This document shows, in pieces, positions 13,976 to 27,091 of a stretch of DNA of 64,000 nt (position 1 is the stretch's first letter; each line of letters starts with the position of its first letter). The position numbers and the translations under genes were made by a program. The stretch is from Catajapyx aquilonaris (taxonomy: Eukaryota). The DNA lies in NCBI GenBank assembly GCA_000934665.2, contig KZ538342.1, forward strand, positions 1-64,000. The letters run 5' to 3'. Under the pieces are notes generated by a model. The model did not search any database, was not told the origin of the DNA, and saw only the letters and a program-made list of their open reading frames with translations.

Positions 13976-14105
13976 CCAAAGGTCTGATGGCGTCCTCATC
14001 CTTCTTGCGATCCTCCCTGGCCATGATGGCAGCAATGGAGAAGTCGGTGGCCCTGCTCGGCTTCAGCCCCGCCGCGTTGTCCTCCATGCTCGCCACTCGC
14101 AGCAT
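13976..14105 (-). CDS. Tbx20: T-box transcription factor Tbx20 (H15/midline-like), coding exon 1
   Basis: ATG at 14105 reads MLRVASMEDNAAGLKPSRATDFSIAAIMAREDRKKDEDAIRPL. It contains the eh1 Groucho-binding motif FSIAAIM (14042-14022), typical of the Tbx20 N-terminus (recalled vertebrate form: SRANAFSIAALM). It ends at a canonical donor TTG G|GTGAGT (GT at 13975-13974), phase 1, 130 nt. A second in-frame ATG at codon 7 is an alternative start. Confidence 0.9.
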
Positions 14106-15911
14106 GGAGTGTCACAAGAACCGCGCACCAAACAAGATGGGGGAAAAAAAGGACCAATGTACGTACAGCCCCCTCACCAACCTACACTCACACTCGGGAG
14201 TTCAAGGACAGTTTTATCTGACATGGATGGCATGCGTTATTTTTTTTCTTCTTGTTTGTTTGTTGTGTTGTCCTCTTGGCAGCCCCAGCACCTACCAAAA
14301 AGCCGCACACCTGATGCAGAGGGCGGGTGGAGACGGTGTGAAAAACGGAGGGGGTAGAAGGAATCAGGATGGCCAAAGACGGAGGAGGGTTAGGGGCTTT
14401 GACGCCCACCACTGCGCATGTGTTGCCTCTACTCAACCCAGCAATCTTGTTGCTGCCAAGTCGCCCCCGAAACCTACGGGAGGGTTGCGAAGGGTGGGGG
14501 GGTTGGCCAGTGTGTGGGGACAACAATAGAAGGGGGGGATGTATTGTTGCGGGTGGAGAAGGGGGCTTGGCCTTTTAGGATCGATTCAGTTCAGCCCCTG
14601 TCGGCGGAGGGGGCTGGGCCTAGGGAAGGTGGAGTCTACTACATGCAGCTTGGCCCCGAAACAGGCCTACCCAAAGAGGCCCGATGGATGGACTGGGGGT
14701 GATCCTAAGACCTCGACACATGGGGGCGACACGGACCGGACTAGGAACACTCTAGGCACATATTGTTTCAAATTAGGGGCCAGGATAGGAATTTCTTGGT
14801 GGGTCCACCCCTTTTAGGCGGGATCATGGGTGAACGTCCAGGGAAGGCGGGATCATGTTCTTATTGATGTGGACAACGTAATGTATTTTCCCAGCATTGT
14901 TTGCTTTTGGTGGCCCGCCTCTCTCGAAGTGAGAATGTGTGGTATTGCTCTTAATCTTTTAGTCATGCACATAGAGGGCATTGTTAAAGTTCAGGAAATG
15001 AAAATAAATCAAATGCTGAATGTTTCGACAGGTAATAGCAAGGCTTAAAATAAAATAAGGTAGCTCATTGCCTTACAAAAAAAATTGATCCTTACCTTCA
15101 GTCATGCAATTCAGGATAAGTGACTATCATAACTGAACTTTTATTGACACACTGTCAAATATCTGATGATTATCAGTTGGGTCTGATATTGCGTTGAACA
15201 AAAACTTACTGAATTAATCCTGCATGGATTACAGTGCTCTTGTACTGCAACTCAGCAGTGGCCTTCTTATGCATAAGGTTGAATAAAAGACGAGTGTTTA
15301 TTTGGCGATTGAACTTAAATAAAAAATTGCTCTCGAGTTTTGAAATGTCTCCTGTGTCATTATAGTCTCGCAAGCTTTCATAGCTTTAACCCCATTTTAA
15401 ACTTGCAACTCTGTCTTAATTTAATGCATATTGTAACCTACCCAGAAAATGCTATGAATTGGCCTATCTATAAGCCACTCTGTCCTGTGCACTGTATATA
15501 TAGGCTAAGCTGAACCGTCTCTTCAGTCGATACATGTCCTGCGCTGACTTTATCTCGCTGAAAATGCAGATGTAGGCCTATACGCCAACTGGCAGCGTGA
15601 ATACGCATTTTCTTATCGTCTCTGTATATCTAATAGTGGCTATGTGTCATCGCCCCGAATGACCCAAGTTCATATTGATGATACTGGTAAATGTTTCAAC
15701 CGGTCATCCGAAAGGGGAATGGAGACACTTCCCAATATTATCCGATTTCGGTAAAAAAAAAGAGGGGGCATATCGAAGTGAAAAGGGCGGGATATGTGTG
15801 GACCCTATGCATGTAATTTTGCGCTAATCAGAAAAAGCCGATAACAGTTCCCCCCGATACTTTATGAATGGGAGATGAGGCTCCAAAAGAACTTTATTTT
15901 CTCTTCCCCCT

Positions 15912-15940
15912 NNNNNNNNNNNNNNNNNNNNNNNNNNNNN
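15912..15940. other. Assembly gap (29 N)
   Basis: Run of N. Single Ns also occur in homopolymers at 12135, 52549 and 58936. Confidence 1.
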
Positions 15941-17460
15941 GTATATGTAGCGCATATAAATACATATCCGATCCCATAATAGCAGAGATTGCTGATGTGC
16001 TGCCCTCCCATTGCCTCCCGCGGATTCAATTTGTATCACGAAATGATCCGTTCCGACGACGTGGGCAGCTGCATTGGGGTCGTTTGGACTGAATACTTAA
16101 TGTAGTCCGATATGGAGAAATAAAGATTGCCCTATACTCTGAAACAATAATCCGCAATGCCAAAACAATCAATTGCCCATCGAATCGAGGCTCATGCAAG
16201 AGCAGGCCCACTTGGCAGAGACATCACACCAACCCTTCCCCATGTTGACGTATTTTACTAAGAGAGTTATGCTTGCAATTTGCAGTTAACGCCCGGGCGT
16301 CGACGATAGCGCAGATACAATAGCGTTTGTAGTGTACAAAGTGGCCATTAGACTTTGCAAAGTTTGTCAGCATGGGAATAAAAGGCGCCAGGCGTCCCCT
16401 CGTCTTTTGGCGTTCCTCCTTCCCTCCCCCTCCCATCCAAGTGAAATCTTCATTAATGGGCCTTGGCACCGCCATGGACTCGTGTAATTGAGGTCGCGTC
16501 TTCGGCACGCAGCCATCCGGACAGACTCATCCTCTTCCTTCCAGTCGTCGGCTCCCGTCGGCCCGACGATGATAATGCCGCCTTACGACGTCGTTAACAC
16601 GGCAAAGGCCGCCTCTTCCTTCCAACTCCGCCTTGTGCCGCTGTCCAAAAACCGCTTAAAAACCTACCCTTAAACGTACCTGCACAGCGACATTGCAACA
16701 CCGCAACCGTCTGTCAGTTGTTGGCTTTCCCGCACGACACTAGCGCCGTTTCAATATGGCCGTCGTTGTGGGTACTGGCCCGAATTGTCCTGAATCTTCC
16801 GGAAAAGGGTTTGGACGTCCCTGAAGGGTCCCATTTCCTTCTGGAACGAGCTGCATGGGAGGGTGTCATTTGAGAAGTGCTAGAAGAGGGGGCAAATGGG
16901 AAGGGCGGAGGTCGCAGGCTGCCAACGAGGAGTCGCCATTGAGCTGGGCCCAAAGCCCAAGGAGTCCGGGAAGACCCTCGCTAACTACTTCCAGTCGCCA
17001 GCTTTCGCCATTTCCGCGATGACTATCTGTCTGCAAGATTAGCCTCAGGCCTCGCGGGATTGCCTCCACTGTCTTCATTTGTGAGGCTCGATGGATGTTG
17101 CCAGTGGCGGGGAAGTGGCGGCTGCTGCTGGCTGCGGGTGTGCCACAACTATGGAGAGGAGATGGCCCGGCAGATTGGGCCGTTAATCGCGGGAGACTAA
17201 TGGCGACTTGCACTCATGCCTGTGGGTCCAAGTTTTGCCTGGAATTGACAGTCTAATTTTGGAGTAAACAGAGAACTTGCCATATACATAAGCGATACCC
17301 AGACTGATGAACGACTGTCGCTTCTGGGCAGGAAATCGCTCGCTGAGGCATCAAGTTCCTCATAACGAAACTTTGATGCTCATTATTGCAAGCTTATGTG
17401 GATGAAATGCATATATTTGACTAGCATAATCAACTGGTTATGCACATGTGTAAGTTTATA

Positions 17461-17550
17461 ATGAGGTGCATATATGAGGTGCATATATGAGTTGTATGCA
17501 CCAGATGTGTCATAACACACATGTATGCACCAGATGTGTCATAACACACA
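17461..17550. repeat. Two adjacent tandem duplications (13 bp x2, 29 bp x2)
   Basis: ATGAGGTGCATAT x2, then TGTATGCACCAGATGTGTCATAACACACA x2. Confidence 0.85.
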
Positions 17551-20500
17551 CCAAGTTATGAGTGTATGTGAAAGCTATACCTAAAGATTCAAGAATTATG
17601 AGCATAATCATCTAGATAGGTTTTCGGAGGACGTGATTGGAGTCGACACTAGCCATTTTTCCTTGACCTCCTCATCTCTTGTGGAGCTCCCAAACTTCTG
17701 GCCAAAGAGAAGCAATGGCGTGGAAGCCAGTTGTGGTGGAGGATATCTTCGGCTCTTTTTATGAGCGTTTTCCGGGCTTTCGAATTCCAAAAATGGTCTC
17801 TGGCCAAATTATTTGTGGCGGGAGATTAAAAACAGAAGGCCCTCTCTAACATTGCACAGTGACTGATATTTTCTCTCCCGTTCTTGCTGAGTTCGTTTTT
17901 CGAAAGAGAAGGAGGGGTGGGGGTGGGTGAAGGAAATCGCGTGAGATGTTTACGAGGCCGAGGTTGAGTCCAAAATCCTACTTCGTTTGTCTTTGTTGAC
18001 GTCGTCAGATTTTCTGCTTTTCTCCGCCTGACTGTTTCAGACGGAAAAAAGGGACTATCGACCCGGCGGGAAAAGTAGGATAAATTGTGAATTGGATTGG
18101 CCACCGTGTAGCTAGCCTATATAGGTACCACTCACAGTCAGTATTATCACGCAATTTTCTTTAAAAAAATCTGCAATTCTGATGCTTAAGATCAACCTGA
18201 ATATCATGAGCACAGAGTGTTATTGAAGGGAAGTGGATGGGTTTTAAGTCCTGAAGGACACTTCCGCCTAACCCTGCGTTTCTCTCAGAAGTGTATAGAA
18301 TCCGGTGCCCTCCCAACAGGAGCTGTCTGCTCTGCTCTGTTGCGCTTACCAAATTAGTTCGGGAGGCTGGGGATTGCGGCCTCCATTAGGAGCAAATCAG
18401 AGAGCTGTCCTTCCCTTTTCCCCTGTCCAAGTGGGACAGATTGAGTCTCCCTGTGCGGTCATTCCCCATGCCAACCGCCCAGAACCATTACCCTTCGCTT
18501 CCCGCCCTTAACTTTCCTATTGCACTTTGGGACTCGAGTATAGTGTCGACCTTTTTTTTCCGGGGTCGAAATTTGGCCAGAGTGGCAGAAAAGTACGGTT
18601 CAGAATGCACACCAATCGGGGGAAGTGAGTACAGGGTGAGGCAAGAAAATATGTGTATAGTCATTATGTAACAGGTAGGCGGCTCAATTATTTTCAGGCA
18701 CAAAATAATAAAAATCACCATATCTGACCTACTACGGTAATCAGCATTGGAATGTTGCCACGAATTAACCGCAAACGTCTAAGGAAAACCGCATAACCGC
18801 CTGATATATTCGCCTTATTGCAAGGTGCTAGGGAGGGTAGGGGTGGTAGCAGGAAAAATAACAAAAAAAAATTGGTCGGAAAAGCGGTTTGAATCCAGTG
18901 GGCATGCATGTTATAGGCCTATATATGCAGGAAGCAAAGCGGCGCGGTGTGAAATTAGTTATTTCTTGGTCGAGATGGATTTCGTGCGGTGGGAATGAAA
19001 ACCGCACAGTGGTTTCCGGAGCTCATGAAACAAATAGATATTGGGGAGGAAGGATATTAAAATATTCACACCGGTTAGCGATACTTGACGGGGATTAATG
19101 GAGATACCCTGGCAGAAAATTGGATTCACGGGCGCTTCGGTCATAAAATATTGTTGTTTATGTTTGAGTTGTTATACCCGAAGCAAGAGCAGAGCAAATG
19201 CATAAACATTTCTGGCAGATTATACCATTTTCGTACGGAATTGGCATATACGCAGCGGGGAGGACTGGTAGCGTAACAGAGGTAATTACTAATTGAACAT
19301 CATCTGATGCTGGTGTATTGTACGTGTGCAGGACTCATGCCGCGGATTTCTCTTGGGCGATGTCTGATGGGGAAACTGGAGGCTATACATATAACCCCGG
19401 GATGTGGTGGTCATGCTATATAGCTGTTGATGGAGCAGCCGGATTGGTTCGGGGGTTGTTGTCGAGGTGGCACTGATGCAAAGATAAAGACGGTGGAATG
19501 GTGCAGGAGCACGCAACCATGAAAGTTCGATTTGCGTAGAGAGGTTGTCAGGTGTTCGAGTGTTCGCAAACTTGTGCAGATTTGAGTTCTTCGTCGTGTT
19601 TTTGAATTAAAAAGTACTCTGTGTCTAATACCTTCATGCACATTACTTAACAAGCAAATCAAAACACACATAGAAACATACAACAAGAGAAGGATATGGG
19701 AAGAATCAGCGTACAAGGTGCTGGTATGTATAATATACAGTAAGATGCCAATTTCCTTGTGCCGTTATACTGTTGTGTGGCACAGGATATTCTCTGTCGA
19801 ATCCTTTGGAGCAGCATTGCAAAAATTAACATGCTATTATTATCATAGTAATGAAACGTAAATCACAAATGTCACCTAGAGTTATTTTGTCGTGGAATAT
19901 CGCAAGGAACCTATAATGTCAGTTGGAGAGGAAGTGCGCACATTTACGAACATTCCGTGTATAATGATGTAAATCTTTATGCCTTCTTAATAATTAGGTC
20001 AGGTCAATTTAGCAAGTCCATAACCACAATTTGAAAAGCTTCTTGAGTTTGTCCCCCACCTCAGAAGATGATCGGAACATCGCCATACATCCAGCACACT
20101 GGTGCACGGCACATATTCAACCTGCGGCACATATACGAATCGGTATATACAAAAGCAGGGCAAGAGATGAAATTACCCGAGCAGGGGACTTGTCCAAACC
20201 CGAGCCCTCCTCATTTACAAAAAAATGCCTCCTGTCCATCAATGTCAGTTGGCGGACGCTATGAGATTCCGCAGCATAACAAATGGCGTGCACAAGTGAA
20301 GTCTATAAAAATCCTCCCAGGGCATGATGCTGCTGCTGTGTTGTTGCTGCCTCCATATGCAGGGGAAGGACATGATGCTGCTGGAAGCTGGCACCCAGAG
20401 GGTGAGAGGGGGTCTCTAGGGAACAAGAGATGCTGGGGAGAGAGTGTGTGTATGTGGGACGGGAGGGGGGGACATCAACATGGAAAAACGAGGAGAGAAA

Positions 20501-22097
20501 CTCGGGGAGCCGCCATGTCAACCCGCCCAGGGATGCCAGCCTCTGCTGCATCTGCACACACTGCTGCGCTGCCCAACCCTACAAAGGACCAGAATTATTC
20601 ATTAGATGAAATAACCGCGGTATTAGGATCGCAACCTTTCCATTGGGTGGCAGCGCCGCTAATTTCCTGCTCTCGGGGACCCACAACCCTGGCTGGTCCT
20701 GCTGTAATCGGATTCGCTGGTTGCTGTTACTAGGCGCCGCCACATCAACCTGGATGTATATATGCACCCTACAAAAAGGGGACAAAAAAAATTGCATTGC
20801 GAAAAAATGCAAGAGGGAAGAGCGAAAGAAATGTGTTGCACCATATATGCAGTTAAAGGCCAGGTTGCACCATTTTCCGGCTGGAAAACAGTCAGGAAAT
20901 CTGTCTTCAAAAATGATGTCAGCAAAAGGCTGAACACATTGCACAATAGAAAGTCGATAAAAGTACAGAGCAAAAAGGAAATTGCATAAAAAAATAGTAC
21001 AGCATAGCCATCAAATATATTAGACACGAATGACCGTATGTGAAGTCAAACTGACAGTTTATTGAGCTCGTTCCATTGCTCACCCTGCTTATCCGAGAGA
21101 CCATTCAGAAATCGCTTCTCCTAAAGCAGTACAGAAGACAGCTATATCTCGCCCATATCTGTGAAAGATCTGAAATTCCGTTTGTAAGCCTGCCTCGCAC
21201 TTTGTGAGATCTGGCACATATTTCAACAGGTCTCCATAATCTGGAACGAAAAAGAAGGAAAGTATATACGAAAAAAGGACTAGAAAACGGGGAATGGGGT
21301 CCCATATATTTCCCATTTCGTGAGCCAGTGATTTCCTTCGAATGGGAAACGGGCATGTTTCCATTCAATTGCTGGAGCAGATTGACAGAAAAGGAGATAT
21401 AGCTGGTAAGTGGCAGAGAGAATGCAGCTAAACAATGGCTTCCAAAATGCTGCCAATCAAAGATATGGATCTTATACGAAATTGATTACAAAAGGCAGCT
21501 TTTCTGACCCTAGCCATGGCGATAGATTATGCAGGAGCTATTTTTACGGTGACATTATGTCGTAGCCACTCTCATGTATCGTTTCTTCAAAATATAGACC
21601 TCTTTTTGATTCCAATGACTACCGGATTGAGCCCTCCGCGCAGAAAGCCCACTGTTATTGATAGCTCCGCATCCTCTTCAAATATTTACTGCCAGTCAGG
21701 GCAATTTGTGGGCAAATATAAGTAGAAACTTCCTCCTTATCGGACCGTTTCAATCAGTGTTAATATTACACACCGCTGAACACTTGACTCCCTCTTGATC
21801 AAATTTGCATGCCGGACGTTTCCTGTGTGCCCGAATCAAATGATCAATTTGAACAGGAAATACGCGGGGTAAAAATTCTAGAGTGAACGGAACTTTGCTC
21901 GTTTAATACCAAACTGACGCAATTTATTTGTTCCAGTATAAACATACTGACAGGCTTTATTTTGATGTCAATGTTTGGTTATGGAAGCCAGCAGACTGGT
22001 TATACTTGGCCTTCACAGCTGATCGTAAAATGTTATATTGAGATCGAACACGCCTTTTCTTTTCTTTTAATGAATGCTCATTATACCACCAAATTTT

Positions 22098-22223
22098 ATG
22101 GATAAACAGTGTTATTCCATATAATATATGGAACACTGTTTATCCATCGACCATTAGAGATAGACAATATTTTTGCCTCACACTGATCTATATTATATAG
22201 GTTCAGTGTGAAGCAAAATTATT
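22098..22223. repeat. Two adjacent hairpins with TA-rich centres
   Basis: 22098-22147 ATGGATAAACAGTGTT...AACACTGTTTATCCAT, and 22166-22223 TTTTGCCTCACACTGATCTATA...TATAGGTTCAGTGTGAAGCAAAA. Confidence 0.8.
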
Positions 22224-24603
22224 ATTTTGACAATTAGCTACAGGCCTACACTCGACTTGAAGAGTTATTTTTTAAATAATATTGTGCACTTTAATGTACT
22301 CCATATTAAGTAGAATTTTCGCGCATTTAAAGCCAAAGCGAAGTGGGAATAATGACATCCCCTGGTCCGTGGACTCCCCAGGGCTTTTGTGCATTAATAG
22401 CGGGCGTGTCCTTTCAAAAGGGGGGGTCTATTAGGCATGTAACGACGATCCCCGCTTGCTTGAATTAGGTTCACATGTATACATCTACTCATAGTAGCCA
22501 TGGCTAATGGGACCATCCGTTTTCCAAACACGTCCTTTATAAATCGGCCTTAGTTGCTACCGCGTCTCCCAGATGGTGAGAATTAATCTCCGCTTAATAA
22601 GCCTTAAGATGTGGTGGAAGGGGAGTGTCCATGGTGTAGTTAGGTAAGTGTATAAGGGGTGGGTGGGTTTTTGTCGGGTTGAGATGGGAAGTAGAAAAGT
22701 GTCCCCCGCCGAGGAGGAATGTCAACCGGGGTGGCCGAGGTAGGCGATGAGAAAGTGGGCCTGCTGTGGCTGTGGGTGGGTGGGCATCAGGGCCCCCCCT
22801 TGAGGTCACCGGGGCACCTCCTCCCTAACGCGACAGTGACGGATAGGACCAGACCTGCCTTGCTTCCACTGCCTAATTAACACCATTGTGTCCCCAAGAC
22901 ACCTCGGCCCAGTATCATCAGCTCCAGGGTATACCATGCCTCACCCACACCCACAAAACAGCCAAATCCAGGTAGGGCCTGCTGGCCACGGGGGTCAGAC
23001 AAATTGCCTAGGTGGTTGTTTGCACAGGGTGCCAGATCCTGATCGCCAATATTGGGAGTGGGTACTATTAAATCACTCTTCATCATTCAGCATTCAGATC
23101 GAGTCATCCTGTGAATTCAGGTGAGAATATTCTCACGGAAGGTCCTGCAATTTTTTTTTGTATATATAGGGGAGGTCCGAATCGATTTTGAAACAAACAC
23201 TCTGGTATGTTTAGAGACTGAATCCTGCATATAAAACTTGAAGAATCTTGGCTAATTAAGGTGATTCATATTATAAGAAACAACCTTGATTAGTACACTA
23301 GAATGTGGATGGTGAAGCCGAAAACAATTTATTTGGAGCGAGTTTCCAGCTCGCAGCAGCAGGTGCGGCATTGCACATTATAGTGCTCAATTCTACATGA
23401 ATGTAAATTTAAACCAGTCGAGATAAGCCGACAAAATGCTGCCATACGCCAACGTAAATAGCGTCAAACGCAAACATTTATTCCATCACACGTCGTGTAA
23501 TGATTTCCGGCCTGCAAATTGAAAATTGGCGCACATTACAATGTGATTGTGGAGCAGATTATTTGGAATATAGTCTCCGGGCCCATGGGCTAATCAATCC
23601 AGAACCCTCAGCACTGATTTAATTTTTTTAAACAATAATTGAACCCTGCTAGAGAGTGGGGGAGATGACATGTGCGTTTTAAAATTGTTAAATGATCCAA
23701 GTCACCAATGATTTGACATAATGAAAAGCTGAGGGTTGACATTTGTTTAGCAAGTCTTGTTCCCCTCCGATCCATCTTTCGGATTGTGTTTCACGGCCCC
23801 CCGCCTCAGTTGTGACGTACCCTGGAAATAATCCTCTTTGGCACCATACGGCGTGTGCCAAGGGGCTGGGGAAGAACCCGAACCCCTCCGTCATTTTTAT
23901 CCCACCGTCGACAACAGGAGAACACGGCTCCAGACTGCTAATGAATCCTCAAGAAATTCGATTTTACATTGGATCAATCCGGCATCCATGATTCGCATTC
24001 ACATATTCCGATGCGAGACTGCAGGGCTGTGCAAAATGGCGCTGTGGTTTTATCTGAAATAATCCTCTACTACACTCTCCCCGAGCCCGGACTCATTTCC
24101 AATTGAAATGAAATTTATTAATGACTACTTGTGGTGAATAACTAGCGCGCGAATAATGAATGCAACATATTTGGCTCCGAGGGTGTGCGCTGGTAAAGTG
24201 AGGCGCCACCTGGGTTGGGCCCCGATGATGATTCTCGCAAGCTGTTAACAGACGCCGACTGGGGGATGGGCATGTCGGACGGTACGTCCCACCACCCCAA
24301 AACCGCAGATTCAACACCTCGCCACCAAATGATGATAGCCTCCAAATGGAGATTAATGCAGCAGATCCCGCAAGTAGTAGTTGCACCTTCTGCTGCCCAA
24401 GTCATGGGATTCAACAGAGATGAGTGGAGGACTTGCCCCTGGAAGTTGGCTAACCTCATGCTCATCTGTGTTGGAGGTTGCATAAGGTAGTTGGAAAATC
24501 TAGGTCAATGCTAAAAAGTAGGCTGATTGGAAAATTTAGCAGCATTTAGTCAAAAATAGAAAAGGAGGTGGATTTTTCAGTCGACTATGAGGAAATCGAT
24601 GAA

Positions 24604-24637
24604 TTTGTGAAAAAATGGAATTCAATTTTTTCACAAA
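24604..24637. repeat. 34-bp near-perfect palindrome
   Basis: TTTGTGAAAAAATGGAA|TTCAATTTTTTCACAAA, one mismatch. Confidence 0.75.
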
Positions 24638-27029
24638 ATATAGTAACTATCAATTATCTGGCTCAAAAATGTTTTAAACAATGACTTTTAAGGCATGTAT
24701 TTTAATTATGCATATATCTATAGAATAATGCTGCTGTGATTAACATTTTAAAAATCAATGAGTGATTTAAGACGTTTTGAGATTTTGAGATAATTACGTA
24801 CTTGCATTCGCTTCACTCTAACGTTAAATTTCACGGCGAAAATTAATGAAAAATCACGCACATTTAGCTGAAATGCGAGAAAAAATTTCCTAGTTTATAG
24901 TACATTAGCTAGGTGACTCATTTTGCCAAATCTGCGCTCCAGCACTCAAATAATCGGTTGGATATGCCATATGTTGCACTTGCTACCTCAAACGACGATT
25001 TATATGAAACACTAACCATAATGAATTAATTAATGATCTCCCTGCTTAGGATCTGGGGGACGACAAAAAGGGGACATCTCGATTCACCCCCTCAAATCAG
25101 GATGGGGGGAAAAGAAACAGGGGGGAAAAAACTTCCCCCTCTCCGGAACACAGAGTTCATCAGGTCGACGATGTCATTTGCGTAATTCACTCGGGCAAGA
25201 ATAAATGGAATATTGCGCGTGGACTGATTGCCTTATTTCCACTTCCGAGATTGATTACCCTTTGTAATAGGAGGAAGATGAGGTTTCAACAATCGATGAG
25301 GCGACGAGCCGTAGCTGGGTATACACCGTGTAGACTGTAGATGAATGGTAGAGAGGGTGGGAGGACCAGGGTTAAGTAGAATCCGCTGGATTTGTCACCA
25401 CATACACAATTTTTTTGCAACCCTTGTACCTGCACATTTTCAGTTTGCACTTGGGACTTGGGAGTGACAGGACTTGCCCCAGCATCGTGGGTACCGTCCC
25501 TCTTTTTTGGCCTCTCCCGGGGTGTTACATGGCGTCACCTGGTGGCGAGATACGCTCCTGCAAGTCCGCGTCACTCAGAAGGATAATCAAAGCACCAACA
25601 GTCGCATAACCCATTTAACTGTCACAGACCCGCTCCTAACTGTTCATAGCAACCTGTACGCCATACAAGCACGCCTGAAAGCATATTTCACAGGATAAAC
25701 CTAGAACTGGTCTCATCTTGGTTCTGTTGGTTCTTGGTTGTATGGCAGCACTAGCGCCATGGAACGGCTGAGCTTGCTGGCTGAGTAAGTGCGCGAGCGG
25801 TGAGCGCTAGGCCCAATCTGTGACGTGGGGATTAGGAGAAAGATACTGCGTTGGCAGTTCATTAGGGGAACGCAAAGCCGACTTAGGCCGGCGGCAGAGA
25901 ATTGCTGACGTTTCCCGCCGGTTTGGGCTGCCTCCAACTCCCAGCCAAAAACCCTCTCTCCCCCACACCCCCCTTAGCCCCTGACGTAGTAGCCGACGTG
26001 CCGCCGAACACCCGACAACTTGACAACTCCCGGTAATGGCTTCCCAGCCACTATAAATTTTTCGCCTTCAACCCGCCAGCAGATACGGCTGCTTTCTGCC
26101 ACCGATCCCTTTCTGCGCCGGATCTCTACCCAATGCTTGGGGAAGGAGGTAATTGGAAATTCTCCAGGAATCGATGGGGCTACATAGATGAGAATTCAGG
26201 CCTTTTATCCTCTAGGATAGCATCAGTTTTTTGGGGAGAGGGGAGAGGGGGAGGTCAAATTGGCTGGCTGAAGGGAGGTTTCTCTTCAGGGTGCTAGGGA
26301 TGTGTCGAAGTTGGCCAGGTTGCATAATTTTACACCAAAGTTGGAGCATGTGTGAGAGTAAGTAGTTATGGATTGAAGTTTCTTTTCAACAAATTATGAG
26401 CAATGGAATGATCATATTGATGTAGCCTGTATGATTACGTACCAACTGTAGTAACTGTTAATATGAAAATTTGTTTCAAGATTGCATCTATACTTGTATA
26501 AAATATGAACGATGTAGCACAATAGTAGCGCTGACAGTCGTTCCTGCTGTACATATCCTGCGAGTGCTACTACCCGCTGCACATCACGTAAGAAAATGTT
26601 TTGCAGATAGTGGCGAATAGTGCAGGGGAATGTACTACAGTAGATGCTAAAAAGCATAATTTACAGTACAGAGCGCAATAAATACGTTTACGAGGTATTA
26701 ATATTGCTTAACATGTGTCACTTCAGTGACTTGTTACCCATCCCTTTGGCTATGAATTTCCAGCATAAAACCTTGTGTTTACGGGAGGGAAAGGGCATGC
26801 ATTTCATTGAATGCACTTTTGTCAATAAGAATTTGCCATTATGGGCACAGTAAACACGTCGTGCTTGGAAAAATTCACAAACAAGTACAGTCTATGATGG
26901 GAGTGCAGCCAGTAAAGTGCAAACGAGTTGAGCCAGCCAACCAACATCGAGGTTTACAGAGACAGCCAGCAGGGGGAGGTCGGCATGGTGGGGGGAGGGA
27001 GGGAGGGGGTAGAAAGGGAGGGAGGGTTA

Positions 27030-27034
<5 letters not shown>

Positions 27035-27089
<55 letters not shown>
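27035..27089. repeat. (GA)n microsatellite
   Basis: About 27 perfect GA units. Confidence 0.95.

Positions 27090-27091
<2 letters not shown>

Noticed and set aside
13987..14529. 180-aa + strand ORF overlapping Tbx20 exon 1
   Set aside because: Antisense shadow of a GC-rich exon and 5' region, with no recognisable domain.
14106..15200. Tbx20 core promoter / TSS
   Set aside because: A GC-rich block is present, but there is no unambiguous minus-strand TATA/Inr/DPE combination, so the TSS cannot be placed from sequence alone.
20068..20733. 221-aa ORF
   Set aside because: No domain similarity and no convincing splice context. Composition is typical of chance ORFs in a GC-rich block.
23122..23137. 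Inverted Su(H)-like pair GTGAGAA-TA-TTCTCAC
   Set aside because: The spacing is far shorter than the 15-17 bp of a Su(H) paired site, and Su(H)-type words across the window are about as frequent as chance.
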